A stretch of 64,000 nucleotides of DNA, taken from Eledone cirrhosa (lineage: Eukaryota). Position numbers and translations under genes: made by a program. Positions 15,001 to 30,000 of this stretch are shown in pieces. The stretch spans positions 371,814,001 through 371,878,000 of the forward strand of contig OZ024741.1 in NCBI GenBank assembly GCA_964016885.1, read 5' to 3'. Within the stretch, counting starts at the first letter, position 1; every line of letters starts with the position of its first letter. Under the pieces are notes generated by a model. It ran no database searches. It was not told the origin of the DNA and saw only the letters and a program-made list of their open reading frames with translations.

Positions 15001-18000
15001 GACAACGTTATTAGGTGTCTAACAACTGTATAGTTGACACCGTTATTAGGAGTCTAACAACTGTATAGTGGACAACGTTATTAGGAGTCTAACAACGAAC
15101 TAGTGGACAACGTTATTAGGAGTCTAAAAACTGTGTAGTGGACAACGTTATTAGGAGTCTGACAACTGTATAGTGAACAACGTTGTTAGGAGTGTAACAA
15201 CTGTATAGTGGGCAACGTTATTAGGAGTCTAACAACGGTATAGTGGACAACGTTATTAGGTGTCTAACAACTGTATAGTGAACAACGTTGTTAGGAGTGT
15301 AACAACTGTATAGTGGGCAACGTTATTAGGAGTCTAACAACTGTATAGTGGACAACGTTATTAGGAGTCTAACAACTGTATAGTGGACAACGTTATTAGG
15401 AGTCTAACAACTGCATAGTGGACAACGTTGTTAGGAGTCTAACAACTGAATAGTGGACAACGTTATTAGGAGTCTAACAACGGTATAGTGGACAACGTTA
15501 TTAGGAGTCTGACAACTGCATAGTGGACAACGTTGTTAGGAGTCTAACAACTGAATAGTGGACAACGTTATTAGGAGTCTAACAACTGTGTAGTGGACAA
15601 CGTTATTAGGAGTCTAACAACTGTATAGTGGACAACGTTATTAGGAGTCTGACAACTGTATAGTGGACAACGTTGTTAGGAGTCTGACAACTGTATAGTG
15701 GACAACGTTATTAGGAGTCTGACAACTGTATAGTGGACAACGTTGTTAGGAGTCTGACAACTGTATAGTGGACAACGTTATTAGGAGTCTGACAACTGTA
15801 TAGTGGACAACGTTATTAGGAGTCTGACAACTGTATAGTGGACAACGTTATTAGGAGTCTGACAACTGTATAGTGGACAACGTTGTTCGGAGTCTAACAA
15901 CTGTATAGTGGACAACGTTATTAGGAGTCTAACAACTGTATAGTGGACAACGTTATTAGGAGTCTGACAACTGTATAGTGGACAACTTTCTTAGGAGTCT
16001 GACAACTGTATAGTGGACAACGTTATTAGGAGCCTAACAACTGTATAGTGGATAACGTTGTTAGGAGTCTAACAACTGTAGAGTGGACCACGCTGTTAGG
16101 TGTCTAACAACGGTATAGAGGACAACGTTGTTAGGAGCCTAACAACTGTATAGTGGAGATCGTTGTTCGGTGACTAACAACTGTATGGTGGACAACGTTG
16201 TTAGGAGTCTGACAACTGTATAGTGGACAACGTTATTAGGAGTCTAACAACTGTATAGTGGACAACGTTATTAGGAGTCTGACAACTGTATAGTGGACAA
16301 CGTTGTTAGGAGTCTAACAACTGAATAGTGGACAACGTTATTAGGAGTCTAACAACTGAATAGTGGACAACGTTATTAGGAGTCTAACAACTGTGTAGTG
16401 GACAACGTTATTAGGAGTCTAACAACTGTATAGTGGACAACGTTATTAGGAGTCTGACAACTGTATAGTGGACAACGTTGTTAGGAGACTGACAATTGTA
16501 TAGTGGACAACGTTGTTAGGAGCCTAACAATTGTATAGTGGAGATCGTTGTTAGGAGACTAACAACTGTATAGTGGACAACGTTGTTAGGATTCTGACAA
16601 CTGTATAGTGGACAACGTTATTAGGAGTCTAACAACTGTATAGTGGACAACGTTGTTACGAGCCTAACAACTGTATAGTGGAGATCGTTGTTAGGAATCT
16701 AACAACTGTATAGTGGACAACGTTATTAGGAGTCTCACAACTGTATAGTGGACAACGTTATTAGGAGTCTAACAACGGATTAGTGAACAACGTTATTGGG
16801 AGTCTAACAACTGTATAGTGGGCAACGTTATTAGGAGTCTAACAACTGTATAGTGGACAACGTTATTAGGAGTCTGACAACTGTATAGTGGACAACGTTA
16901 TTAGGAGTCTGACAACTGTATAGTGGACAACGTTGTTAGGAGTCTGACAACTGTATAGTGGGCAACATTATTAGGAGTCTCACAACTGTCTAGTGGACAA
17001 CATTATTAGGAGTCTGACAACTGTATAGTGGCCAACGTTATTAGGAATCTAACAATTGTATAGTGGACAACGTTATTAGGAGTCTGTCAACCGTATAGTG
17101 GATAGCGTTATTAGGAGTCTAACAATGTATAGTGGACAACGTTATTAGGAGTCTAACAACTGTATAGTGGACAACGTTATTAGGAGTCTAACAACTGTAT
17201 AGTGGACAACGTTATTAGGAATCTGACTACTGTATAGTGGACAACGTTATTAGGAGTCTGACAACTGTATAGTGGACAACGTTGTTAGGAGTCTAACAAC
17301 TGAATAGTGGACAACGTTATTAGGAGTCTAACAACTGTGTAGTGGACAACGTTATTAGGAGTCTAACAACTGTATAGTGGACAACGTTATTAGGAGTCTG
17401 ACAACTGTATAGTGGACAACGTTGTTAGGAGGACACTGACAACTGTATAGTGGACAACGTTAGTAGGAGTCTAACAACTGTATAGTGGACAACGTTATTA
17501 GGAGTCTGACAACTGTATAGTGGACAACGTTATTAGGAGCCTAACAACTGTATAGTTTGATAACGTTGTTAGGAGTCTAACAACTGTAGAGTGGACCACG
17601 CTGTTAGGTGTCTAACAACTGTATAGTGGACAACGTTGTTAGGAGCCTAACAACTGTATAGTGGAGATCGTTGTTAGGAGACTAACAACTGTATAGTGGA
17701 CAACGTTGTTAGGAGTCTGACAACTGTATAGTGGACAACGTTATTAGGAGTCTAACGACTGTATAGTGGACAACGTTGTTAGGAGCCTAACAACTGTATA
17801 GTGGAGATCGTTGTCAGGAGTCTGACAACTGTATAGTGGAAAACGTTATTAGGAGTCTAACAACTGTATAGTGGACAACGTTGTTAGGAGTCTGACAACT
17901 GTATAGTGGACAACGTTATTAGGAGTCTAACGACTGTATAGTGATCAACGTTGTTAGGAGCCTAACAACTGTATAGTGGAGATCGTTGTCAGGAGTCTGA

Positions 18001-21000
18001 CAACTGTATAGTGGACAACGTTATTAGGAGTCTAACAACTGTATAGTGGACATCGTTGTTAGGAGTCTGAAAACTGTATAGTGGACGACGTTATTAGGAG
18101 TCTGACAACTGTATAGTGGACAACGTTATTAGGAGTCTGACAACTGTATAGTGGACAACATTATTAGGAGTCTAACAACTATGTAGTGTACAACGTTATT
18201 AGGAGTCTGACAACTGTATAGTGGACAACGTTATTAGGAGTCTGACAACTGTATAGTGGACAACGTTATTAGGAGTCTGACAACTGTATAGTGGACAACG
18301 TTATTAGGAGTCTAACAACTGTGTAGTGGACAACGTTATTGGAGTCTAACAACTGTGTAGTGGACAGCGTTATTAGGAGTCTGACAACTGTATAGTGGAC
18401 AACGTTGTTAGGAGTCTGACAACTGTATAGTGGACAACGTTGTTAGGAGTCTAACAACTGTATAGTGGACTACGTTATTAGGAGTCTGACAACTGTATAG
18501 TGGACAACATTATTAGGAGTCTAACAACTATGTAGTGTTCAACGTTATTAGGAGTCTGACAACTGTATAGTGGACAACATTATTAGGAGTCTGACAACTG
18601 TATAGTGGACAACGTTGTTAGGAGTCAGACAACTGTATAGTGGACAACGTTATTAGGAGTCTGACAACTGTATAGTGGACAACGTTATTAGGAGTCTAAC
18701 AACTGTGTAGTGGACAACGTTATTAGGAGTCTGACAACTGTATAGTGGACAACGTTGTTCGGAGTCTAACAACTGTGTAGTGGACAGCGTTATTAGGAGT
18801 CTCACAACTGTATAGTGGACAACGTTATTAGGAGTCTTACAACTGTATAGTGGACAACGTTGTTAGGAGTCTAACAACTGTATAGTGGACTACGTTATTA
18901 GGAATCTGACAACTGTATAGTGGACAACGTTATTAGGTGTCTAACAACTGTATAGTGGACAACGTTATTAGAAGTCTGAAAACTGTATAGTGGACCACGC
19001 TGTTAGGTGTCTAACAACTGTATAGAGGACAACGTTGTTAGGAGCCTAACAACTGTATAGTGGAGATCGTTGTTAGGAGACTAACAACTGTATAGTGGAC
19101 AACGTTGTTAGGAGTCTGACAACTGTATAGTGGACAACGTTGTTAGGAGCCTAACAACTGTATAGTGGAGATCGTTGTCAGGAGTCTAACGACTGTATAG
19201 TGGACAACGTTGTTAGGAGTCTGACAACGGTATAGTGGACAACGTTATTAGATGTCTAACAACTGTATAGTGGACAACGTTATTAGGAGTCTAACAACGG
19301 ACTAGTGGACAACGTTATTAGGAGTCTAACAACTGTATAGTGAACAACGTTGTTAGGAGTGTAACAACTGTATAGTGGGCAACGTTATTAGGAGTCTAAC
19401 AACTGTATAGTGGACAACGTTATTAGGAGTCTAACAACTGTATAGTGGACAATGTTATTAGGAGTCTAACAACTGTATAGTGGACAACGTTATTAGGAGT
19501 CTGACAACTGTATAGTGGACAACGTTATTAGGAGTCTGACAACTGTATAGTGGACAACGTTGTTAGGAGTCTAACAACTGAATAGTGGACAACGTTATTA
19601 GGAGTCTAACAACTGTGTAGTGGACAACGTTATTACGAGTCTAACAACTGTATAGTGGACAACGTTATTAGGAGTCTGACAACTGTATAGTGGACAACGT
19701 TGTTAGGAGACTGACAATTGTATAGTGGACAACGTTGTTAGGAGCCTAACAACTGTATAGTGGATAACGTTGTTAGGAGTCTAACAACTGTAGAGTGGAC
19801 CACGCTGTTAGGAGTCTAGCGACTGTATAGTGGACAACGTTGTTAGGAGCCTTACAACTGTATAGTGGAGATCGTTGTTTGGAGACTAACAACTGTATAG
19901 TGGACAACGTTGTTAGGAGTCTGACAACTGTATAGTGGACAACGTTATTAGGAGTCTAACGACTGTATAGTGGACAACGTTGTTAGGAGCCTAACAACTG
20001 TATAGTAGAGATCGTTGTTAGGAGACTAACAACTGTATAGTGGACAACGTTGTTAGGAGTCTGACAACTGTATAGTGGACAACGTTATTAGGAGTCTAAC
20101 AACTGTATAGTGGACAACGTTTTTAGGAGCCTAACAACTGTATAGTGGAGATCGTTGTCAGGAGTCTAACGACTGTATAGTGGACAACGTTGTTAGGAGT
20201 CTGACAACTGTATAGTGGACAACGTTGTTAGGAGCCTAACAACTGTATAGTGGAGATCGTTGTTAGGAGACTAACAACTGTATAGTGGACAACGTTGTTA
20301 GGAGTCTGACAACTGTATAGTGGACAACGTTATTAGGAGTCTATCGACTGTATAGTGGACAACGTTGTTAGGAGCCTAACAACTGTATAGTGGAGATCGT
20401 TGTTAGGAGACTAACAACTGTATAGTGGACAACGTTGTTAGGAGTCTGACAACTGTATAGTGGACAACGTTATTAGGAGTCTAACGACTGTATAGTGGAC
20501 AACGTTGTTAGGAGCCTAACAACTGTATAGTAGAGATCGTTGTTAGGAGACTAACAACTGTATAGTGGACAACGTTGTTAGGAGTCTGACAACTGTATAG
20601 TGGACAACGTTATTAGGAGTCTAACAACTGTATAGTGGACAACGTTTTTAGGAGCCTAACAACTGTATAGTGGAGATCGTTGTCAGGAGTCTAACGACTG
20701 TATAGTGGACAACGTTGTTAGGAGTCTGACAACTGTATAGTGGATAACGTTATTAGGTGTCTAACAACTGTATAGTGGACAACGTCATTAGGAGTCTAAC
20801 AACTGTATAGTGAACAACGTTGTTAGGAGTGTAACAACTGTATAGTGGGCAACGTTATTAGGAGTCTAACAACTGTATAGTGGACAACGTTATTAGGAGT
20901 CTAACAACTGTATAGTGGACAATGTTGTTCGGAGTCTAACAACTGTATAGTGGACAACGTTATTAGGAGTCTAACAACTGTATAGTGGACAACGTTATTA

Positions 21001-24000
21001 GGAGTCTGACAACTGTATAGTGGACAACTTTCTTAGGAGTCTGACAACTGTATAGTGGACAACGTTATTAGGAGCCTAACAACTGTATAGTGGATAACGT
21101 TGCTAGGAGTCTAACAACTGTAGAGTGGACCACGCTGTTAAGTGTCTAACAACTGTATAGAGGACAACGTTGTTAGGAGCCTAACAACTGTATAGTGGAG
21201 ATCGTTGTTAGGAGACTAACAACTGTATAGTGGACAACGTTGTTAGGAGTCTGACAACTGTATAGTGGACAACGTTATTAGGAGTATAACAACTGTATAG
21301 TGGACAACGTTGTTAGGAGCCTAACAACTGTATAGTGGAGATCGTTGTCAGGAGTCTAACAACTGTATAGTGGACAACGTTGTTAGGAATCTGACAACGG
21401 TATAGTGGACAACGTTATTAGGAGTCTAACAACTGTATAGTGGACAATGTTATTAGGAGTCTAACAACTGTATATTGGACAACGTTATTAGGAGTCTGAC
21501 AACTGTATAGTGGACAACGTTATTAGGAGTCTGACAACTGTATAGTGGACAACGTTGTTAGGAGTCTAACAACTGTGTAGTGGACAACGTTATAAGGAGT
21601 CTAACAACTGTATAGTGGACAACGTTATTAAGAGTCTGACAACTGTATAGTGGACAACGTTGTTAGGAGACTGACAATTATATAGTGGATAACGTTGTTA
21701 GGAGCCTAACAACTGTATAGTGGAGATCGTTGTTAGGAGACTAACAACTGTATAGTAGACAACGTTGTTAGGAGTCTGACAACTGTATAGTGGACAACGT
21801 TATTAGGAGTCTAACAACTGTATAGTGGACAACGTTGTTAGGAGCCTAACAACTGTATAGTGGACAACGTTGTTAGGAGCCTAACAACTGTATAGTGGAC
21901 AACGTTGTTAGGAGCCTAACAACTGTATAGTGGAGATCGTTGTTAGGAGTCTAACAACTGTATTGTGGAGAACGTTATTAGGAGTCTCACAACTGTATAG
22001 TGGACAACGTTATTAGGAGTCTAACAACGGATTAGTGAACAACGTTATTGGGAGTCTAACAACTGTATAGTGGACAACGTTATTAGGAGTCTAACAACTG
22101 TATAGTGGACAACGTCATTAGTAGTCTGACAACTGTATAGTGGACAACGTTATTAGGATTCTGACAACTGTATAGTGGACAACGTTGTTAGGAGTCTGAC
22201 AACTGTATAGTGGACAACGTTATTAGGAGTCTGACAACTGTATAGTGGAGCACGTTATTAGGAGTCTAACAACTGGGGAGTGGACAACGTTATTAGGAGT
22301 CTAACACCTGTATAGTGGACAACGTTATTAGGAGTCTGACAACTGTATAGTGGACAACGTTGTTAGGAGTCTAACAACTGTATAGTGGACTACGTTATTA
22401 GGAGTCTGACAACTGTATAGTGGACAACGTTATTAGGAGTCTAACAACTCTATAGTGGACAACGTTATTAGGAGTCTAACAACTGTATAGTGGACAACGT
22501 TATTAGGAATCTGAAAACTGTATAGTGGACACCGTTGTTATGAATCTAACAACTGTATAGTGGACAACGTTATTATGAGTCTGACAACTGTATAGTGGAC
22601 AACGTCATTAGGAGTCTGACAACTGTATAGTGGACAACGTTGTTAGGAGTCTAACAACTGTATAGTGGACAACGTTATTAGTAGTCTGACAACGGTATAG
22701 TGGACAACGTTATTAGGTGTCTAACAACTGTATAGTGGACAACTTTATTAGGAGTCTAACAACGTTATAGTGGACAACGTTATTAGGTGTCTAACAACTG
22801 TATAGTGGACAACGTTATTTGGAGTCTAACAACGGACTAGTGGACAACGTTATTAGGAGTCTAACAACTGTATAGTGAACAACGTTGTTAGGAGTGTAAC
22901 AACTGTATAGTGGGCAACGTTATTATGAGTCTAACAACTGTATAGTGGACAACGTTATTAGGAGTCTAACAACTGCATAGTGGACAACGTTGTTAGGAGT
23001 CTAACATCTAAATAGTGGACAACGTTATTAGGAGTCTAACAACTGTGTAGTGGACAACGTTATTAGGAGTCTAACAACTGTATAGTGGACAACGTTGTTA
23101 GGAGTCTAACAACGGATTAGTGAACAACGTTATTGGGAGTCTAACAACTGTATAGTGGACAACGTTATTAGGAGTCTAACAACTGTATAGTGGACAACGT
23201 TATTAGGAGTCTGACAACTGTATAGTGGACAACGTTATTAGGTGTCTAACAACTGTATAGTGGACAACGTTATTTGGAGTCTAACAACGGTATAGTGGAC
23301 AACGTTATTAGGAGTCTAACAACTGTATAGTGAACAACGTTGTTAGGAGTGTAACAACTGTATAGTGGGCAACGTTATTAGGAGTCTAACAACTGTATAG
23401 TGGACAACGTTATTAGGAGTCTAACAACTGTATAGTGGACAACGTTATTAGGAGTCTAACAACTGTATAGTGGACAACGTTATTAGGAGTCTGACAACTG
23501 TATAGTGGACAACGTTATTAGGAGTCTGACAACTGCATAGTGGACAACGTTGTTAGGAGTCTAACAACTGAATAGTGGACAACGTTATTAGGAGTCTAAC
23601 AACTGTATAGTGGACAACGTTATTAGGAGTCTGACAACTGTATAGTGGACAACTTTCTTAGGAGTCTGACAACTGTATAGTGGACAACGTTATTAGGAGC
23701 CTAACAACTGTATAGTGGATAACGTTGTTAGGAGTCTAACAACTGTAGAGTGGACCACGCTGTTAGGTGTCTAACAACTGTCTAGAGGACAACGTTGTTA
23801 GGAGCCTAACAACTGTATAGTGGAGATCGTTGTTAGGAGACTAACAACTGTATAGTGGACAACGTTGTTAGGAGTCTGACAACTGTATAGTGGACAACGT
23901 TATTAGGAGTCTAACAACTGTATAGTGGACAACGTTGTTAGGAGCCTAACAACTGTATAGTGGAGATCGTTGTCAGGAGTCTAACAACTGTATAGTGGAC

Positions 24001-27000
24001 AACGTTGTTAGGAGTCTGACAACGGTATAGTGGACAACGTTATTAGATGTCTAACAACTGTATAGTGGACAACGTTATTAGGAGTCTAACAACGGTATAG
24101 TGGACAACGTTATTAGGTGTCTAACAACTGTATAGTGGACAACGTTATTAGGAGTCTAACAACGGACTAGTGGACAACGTTATTAGGAGTCTAACAACTG
24201 TATAGTGAACAACGTTGTTAGGAGCGTAACAACTGTATAGTGGACAACGTTATTAGGAGTCTAACAACTGTATAGTGGACAATGTTATTAGGAGTCTAAC
24301 AACTCTATAGTGGGCAACGTTATTAGGAGTCTGACAACTGTATAGTGGACAACGTTGTTAGGAGACTGACAATTGTATAGTGGATAACGTTGTTAGGAGC
24401 CTAACAACTGTATAGTGGAGATCGTTGTTAGGAGACTAACAACTGTATAGTGGACAACGTTGTTAGGAGTCTAACAACGGATTAGTGAACAACGTTATTG
24501 GGAGTCTAACAACTGTATAGTGGTCAACGTTATTAGGAGTCTAACAACTGTATAGTGGACAACGTTATTAGGAGTCTGACAACTGTATAGTGGACAACGT
24601 TATTAGGTGTCTAACAACTGTATAGTGGACAACGTTATTTGGAGTCTAACAACGGTATAGTGGACAACGTTATTAGGAGTCTAACAACTGTATAGTGAAC
24701 AACGTTGTTAGGAGTGTAACAACTGTATAGTGGGCAACGTTATTAGGAGTCTAACAACTGTATAGTGGACAACGTTATTAGGAGTCTAACAACTGTATAG
24801 TGGACAACGTTATTAGGAGTCTAACAACTGTATAGTGGACAACGTTATTAGGAGTCTGACAACTGTATAGTGGACAACGTTATTAGGAGTCTGACAACTG
24901 CATAGTGGACAACGTTGTTAGGATTCTAACAACTGAATAGTGGACAACGTTATTAGGAGTCTAACAACTGTGTAGTGGACAACGTTATTAGGAGTCTAAC
25001 AACTGTATAGTGGACAACGTTATTAGGAGTCTGACAACTGCATAGTGGACAACGTTGTTAGGAGTCTGACAACTGTATAGTGGACAACGTTATTAGGAGT
25101 CTGACAACTGTATAGTGGACAACGTTGTTAGGAGTCTGACAACTGTATAGTGGACAACGTTATTAGGAGTCTGACAACTGTATAGTGGACAACGTTGTTC
25201 GGAGTCTAACAACTGTATAGTGGACAACGTTATTAGGAGTCTAACAACTGTATAGTGGACAACGTTATTAGGAGTCTGACAACTGTATAGTGGACAACTT
25301 TCTTAGGAGTCTGACATCTGTATAGTGGACAACGTTATTAGGAGCCTAACAACTGTATATTGGATAACGTTGTTAGGAGTCTAACAACTGTAGAGTGGAC
25401 CACGCTGTTCGGTGTCTAACAACTGTATAGAGGACAACGTTTTTAGGAGCCTAACAACTGTATAGTGGAGATCGTTGTTAGGAGACTAACAACTGTATAG
25501 TGGACAACGTTGTTAGGAGTCTGACAACGGTATAGTGGACAACGTTATTAGATGTCTAACAACTGTATAGTGGACAACGTTATTAGGAGTCTAACAACGG
25601 TATAGTGGACAACGTTATTAGGTGTCTAACAACTGTATAGTGGACAACGTTATTAGGAGTCTAACAACGGACTAGTGGACAACGTTATTAGGAGTCTAAC
25701 AACTGTATAGTGAACAACGTTATTAGGAGTGTAACAACTGTATAGTGGGCAACGTTATTAGGAGTCTAACAACTGTATAGTGGACAACGTTATTAGGAGT
25801 CTAACAACTGTATAGTGGACAATGTTATTAGGAGTCTAACAACTGTATAGTGGACAACGTTATTAGGAGTCTGACAACTGTATAGTGGACAACGTTGTTA
25901 GGAGACTGACAATTGTATAGTGGATAACGTTGTTAGGAGCCTAACAACTGTATAGTGGAGATCGTTGTTAGGAGACTAACAACTGTATAGTGGACAACGT
26001 TGTTAGGAGTCTAACAACGGATTAGTGAACAACGTTATTGGGATTCTAACAACTGTATAGTGGACAACGTTATTAGGAGTCTAACAACTGTATAGTGGAC
26101 AACGTTATTAGGAGTCTGACAACTGTATAGTGGACAACGTTATTAGGAGTCTGACAACTGTAGAGTAGACAACGTTGTTAGGAGTCTAACAACTGTATAG
26201 TGGGCAACATTATTAGGAGTCTCACAACTGTATAGTGGACAACATTATTAGGAGTCTGACAACTGTATAGTGGACAACGTTATTAGGAGTCTAACAACTG
26301 TATAGTGGACAACGTTATTAGGAGTCTGTCAACCGTATAGTGGATAGCGTTATTAGGAGTCTGACAACTGTAGAGTGAACAACGTTGTTAGGAGTTTTAA
26401 CAACTGTGTAGTGGGCAACGTTATTAGGAGTCTAACAATGTATAGTGGACAACGTTATTAGGAGTCTAACAACTGTATAGTGGACAACGTTATTAGGAGT
26501 CTAACAATGTATAGTGGACAACGTTATTAGGAGTCTAACAACTGTATAGTGGACAACGTTATTAGGAGTCTAACAACTGTATAGTGGACAACGTTATTAG
26601 GAGTCTAACAACTGTATAGTGAACAACGTTATTAGGAGTCTAACAACTGAATAGTGGACAACGTTATTAGGAGTCTAACAACTGTGTAGTGGACAACGTT
26701 ATTAGGAGTCTAACAACTGTATAGTGGACAACGTTATTAGGAGTCTGACAACTGTATAGTGGACAACGTTGTTAGGAGGACACTGACAACTGTATAGTGG
26801 ACAACGTTATTAGGAGTCTAACAACTGTATAGTGAACAACTTTATTAGGAGTCTAACAACTGTATAGTGGACAACGTTGTTAGGAGTCTGACAACTGTAT
26901 AGTGGACAACGTTATTAGGAGTCTAACGACTGTATAGTGGACAACGTTGTTAGGAGTCTGACAACTGTATAGTGGACAACGTTGTTAGGTGTCTAACAAC

Positions 27001-30000
27001 TGAATAGTGGACAACGTTATTAGGAGTCTGACAACTGTATAGTGGACAACGTTATTAGGAGTCTAACGACTGTATAGTGGACAACGTTGTTAGGAGCCTA
27101 ACAACTGTATAGTGGAGATCGTTGTCAGGAGTCTGACAACTGTATAGTGGACAACGTTATTAGGAGTCTAACAACTGTATAGTGGACAACGTTGTTAGGA
27201 GTCTGACAACTGTATAGTGGACAACGTTATTAGGAGTCTGACAACTATATAGTGGACAACGTTATTAGGAGTCTGACAACTGTATAGTGGACAACATTAT
27301 TAGGAGTCTAACAACTATGTAGTGGACAACGGTATTAGGAGTCTGACAACTGTATAGTGAACAACTTTATTAGCAGTCTGACAACTGTATAGTGGACAAC
27401 GTTATTAGGAGCCTAACAACTGTATAGTTTGATAACGTTGTTAGGAGTCTAACAACTGTAGAGTGGACCACGCTGTTAGGTGTCTAACAACTGTATAGTG
27501 GACAACGTTGTTAGGAGCCTAACAACTGTATAGTGGAGATCGTTGTTAGGAGACTAACAACTGTATAGTGGACAACGTTGTTAGGAGTCTGACAACTGTA
27601 TAGTGGACAACGTTATTAGGAGTCTAACGACTGTATAGTGGACAACGTTGTTAGGAGCCTAACAACGGTATAGTGGAGATCGTTGTCAGGGGTCTGACAA
27701 CTGTATAGTGGACAACGTTATTAGGAGTCTAACAACTGTATAGTGGACAACGTTGTTAGGAGCCTAACAACTGTATAGTGGAGATCGTTGTTAGGAGACT
27801 AACAACTGTATAGTGGACAACGTTGTTAGGAGTCTGACAACTGTATAGTGGACAACGTTATTAGGAGTCTAACGACTGTATAGTGGACAACGTTGTTAGG
27901 AGCCTAACAACTGTATAGTGGAGATCGTTGTCAGGAGTCTGACAACTGTATAGTGGACAACGTTATTAGGAGTCTAACAACTTTATAGTGGACAACGTCG
28001 TTAGGAGTCTGACAACTGTATAGTGGACAACGTTATTAGGAGTCTGACAACTGTATAGTGGACAACGTTATTAGGAATCTGAAAACTGTATAGTGGACAC
28101 CGTTGTTAGGAGTCTAACAACTGTATAGTGGACAACGTTATTAGGAGTCTGACAACTGTATAGTGGACAACGTTATTAGGAGTCTGACATCTGTATAGTG
28201 GACAACGTTGTTAGGAGTCTAACAACTGTATAGTGGACTACGTTATTAGGAGTCTGACAACTGTATAGTAGACAACGTTATTAGGAGTCTAACAACTGTA
28301 TAGTGGACAACGTTGTTAGGAGGACACTGACAACTGTATAGTGGACAACGTTATTTGGAGTCTAACAACTGTATAGTGGACAACGTTATTAGGAGTCTGA
28401 CAACTGTATAGTGAACAACTTTATTAGGAGTCTAACAACTGTATAGTGGACAACGTTGTTAGGAGTCTGACAACTGTATAGTGGACAGCGTTATTAGGAG
28501 TCTAACGACTGTATAGTGGACAACGTTGTTAGGAGCCTAACAACTGTATAGTTTGATAACGTTGTTAGGAGTCTAACAACTGTAGAGTGGACCACGCTGT
28601 TAGGTGTCTAACAACTGTATAGTGGACAACGTTGTTAGGAGTCTGACAACTGTATAGTGGACAACGTTATTAGGAGTCTAACGACTGTATAGTGGACAAT
28701 GTTGTTAGGAGCCTAACAACTGTATAGTGGAGATCGTTCTCAGGAGTCTGACAACTGTATAGTGGACAACGTTGTTAGGAGTCTGACAACTGTATAGTGG
28801 ACAACGTTATTAGGGGTCTAACGACTGTATAGTGGACAACGTTGTTAGGAGCCTAACAACTGTATAGTGGAGATCGTTGTCGGGAGTCTGACAACTATGT
28901 AGTGGACGACGTTATTAGGAGTCTGACAACTGTATAGTGGACAACGTTATTAGGAGTCTGACAACTGTATAGTGGACAACGTTATTAGGAGCCTAACAAC
29001 TGTATAGTTTGATAACGTTGTTAGGAGTCTAATAACTGTAGAATGGACCACGCTGTTAGGTGTCTAACAACTGTATAGTGGACAACGTTGTTAGGAGCCT
29101 AACAACTGTATAGTGGAGATCGTTGTTAGGAGACTAACAACTGTATAGTGGACAACGTTGTTAGGAGTCTGACAACTGTATAGTGGACAACGTTATTAGG
29201 AGTCTAACGACTGTATAGTGGACAACGTTGTTAGGAGCCTAACAGCTGTATAGTGGAGATCGTTGTCAGGAGTCTGACAACTGTATAGTGGACAACGTTA
29301 TTAGGAGTCTAACAACTGTATAGAGGACAACGTTGTTAGGAGTCTGACAACTGTATAGTGGACAACGTTATTAGGAGTCTAACGACTGTATAGTGGACAA
29401 CGTTGTTAGGAGCCTAACAACTGTATAGTGGAGATCGTTGTCAGGAGTCTGACAACTGTATAGTGGACAACGTTATTAGGAGTCTAACAACTGTATAGTG
29501 GACAACGTTGTTAGGAGTCTGACAACTGTATAGTGGACAACGTTATTAGGAGTCTGACAACTGTATAGTGGACAACGTTATTAGGAGTCTGACAACTGTA
29601 TAGTGGACAACATTATTAGGAGTCTAACAACTATGTAGTGTACAACGTTATTAGGAGTCTGACAACTGTATAGTGGACAACGTTATTAGGAGTCTGACAA
29701 CTGTATAGTGGACAACGTTGTTAGAAATCAGACAACTGTATAGTGGACAACATTATTAGGAGTCTGACAACTGTATAGTGGACAACGTTATTAGGAGACT
29801 AACAACTGTGTAGTGGACAACGTTATTGGAGTCTAACAACTGTGTAGTGGACAGCGTTATTAGGAGTCTGACAACTGTATAGTGGACAACGTTGTTAGGA
29901 GTCTGACAACTGTATAGTGGACAACGTTGTTAGGAGTCTAACAACTGTATAGTGGACTACGTTATTAGGAGTCTGACAACTGTATAGTGGACAACGTTAT

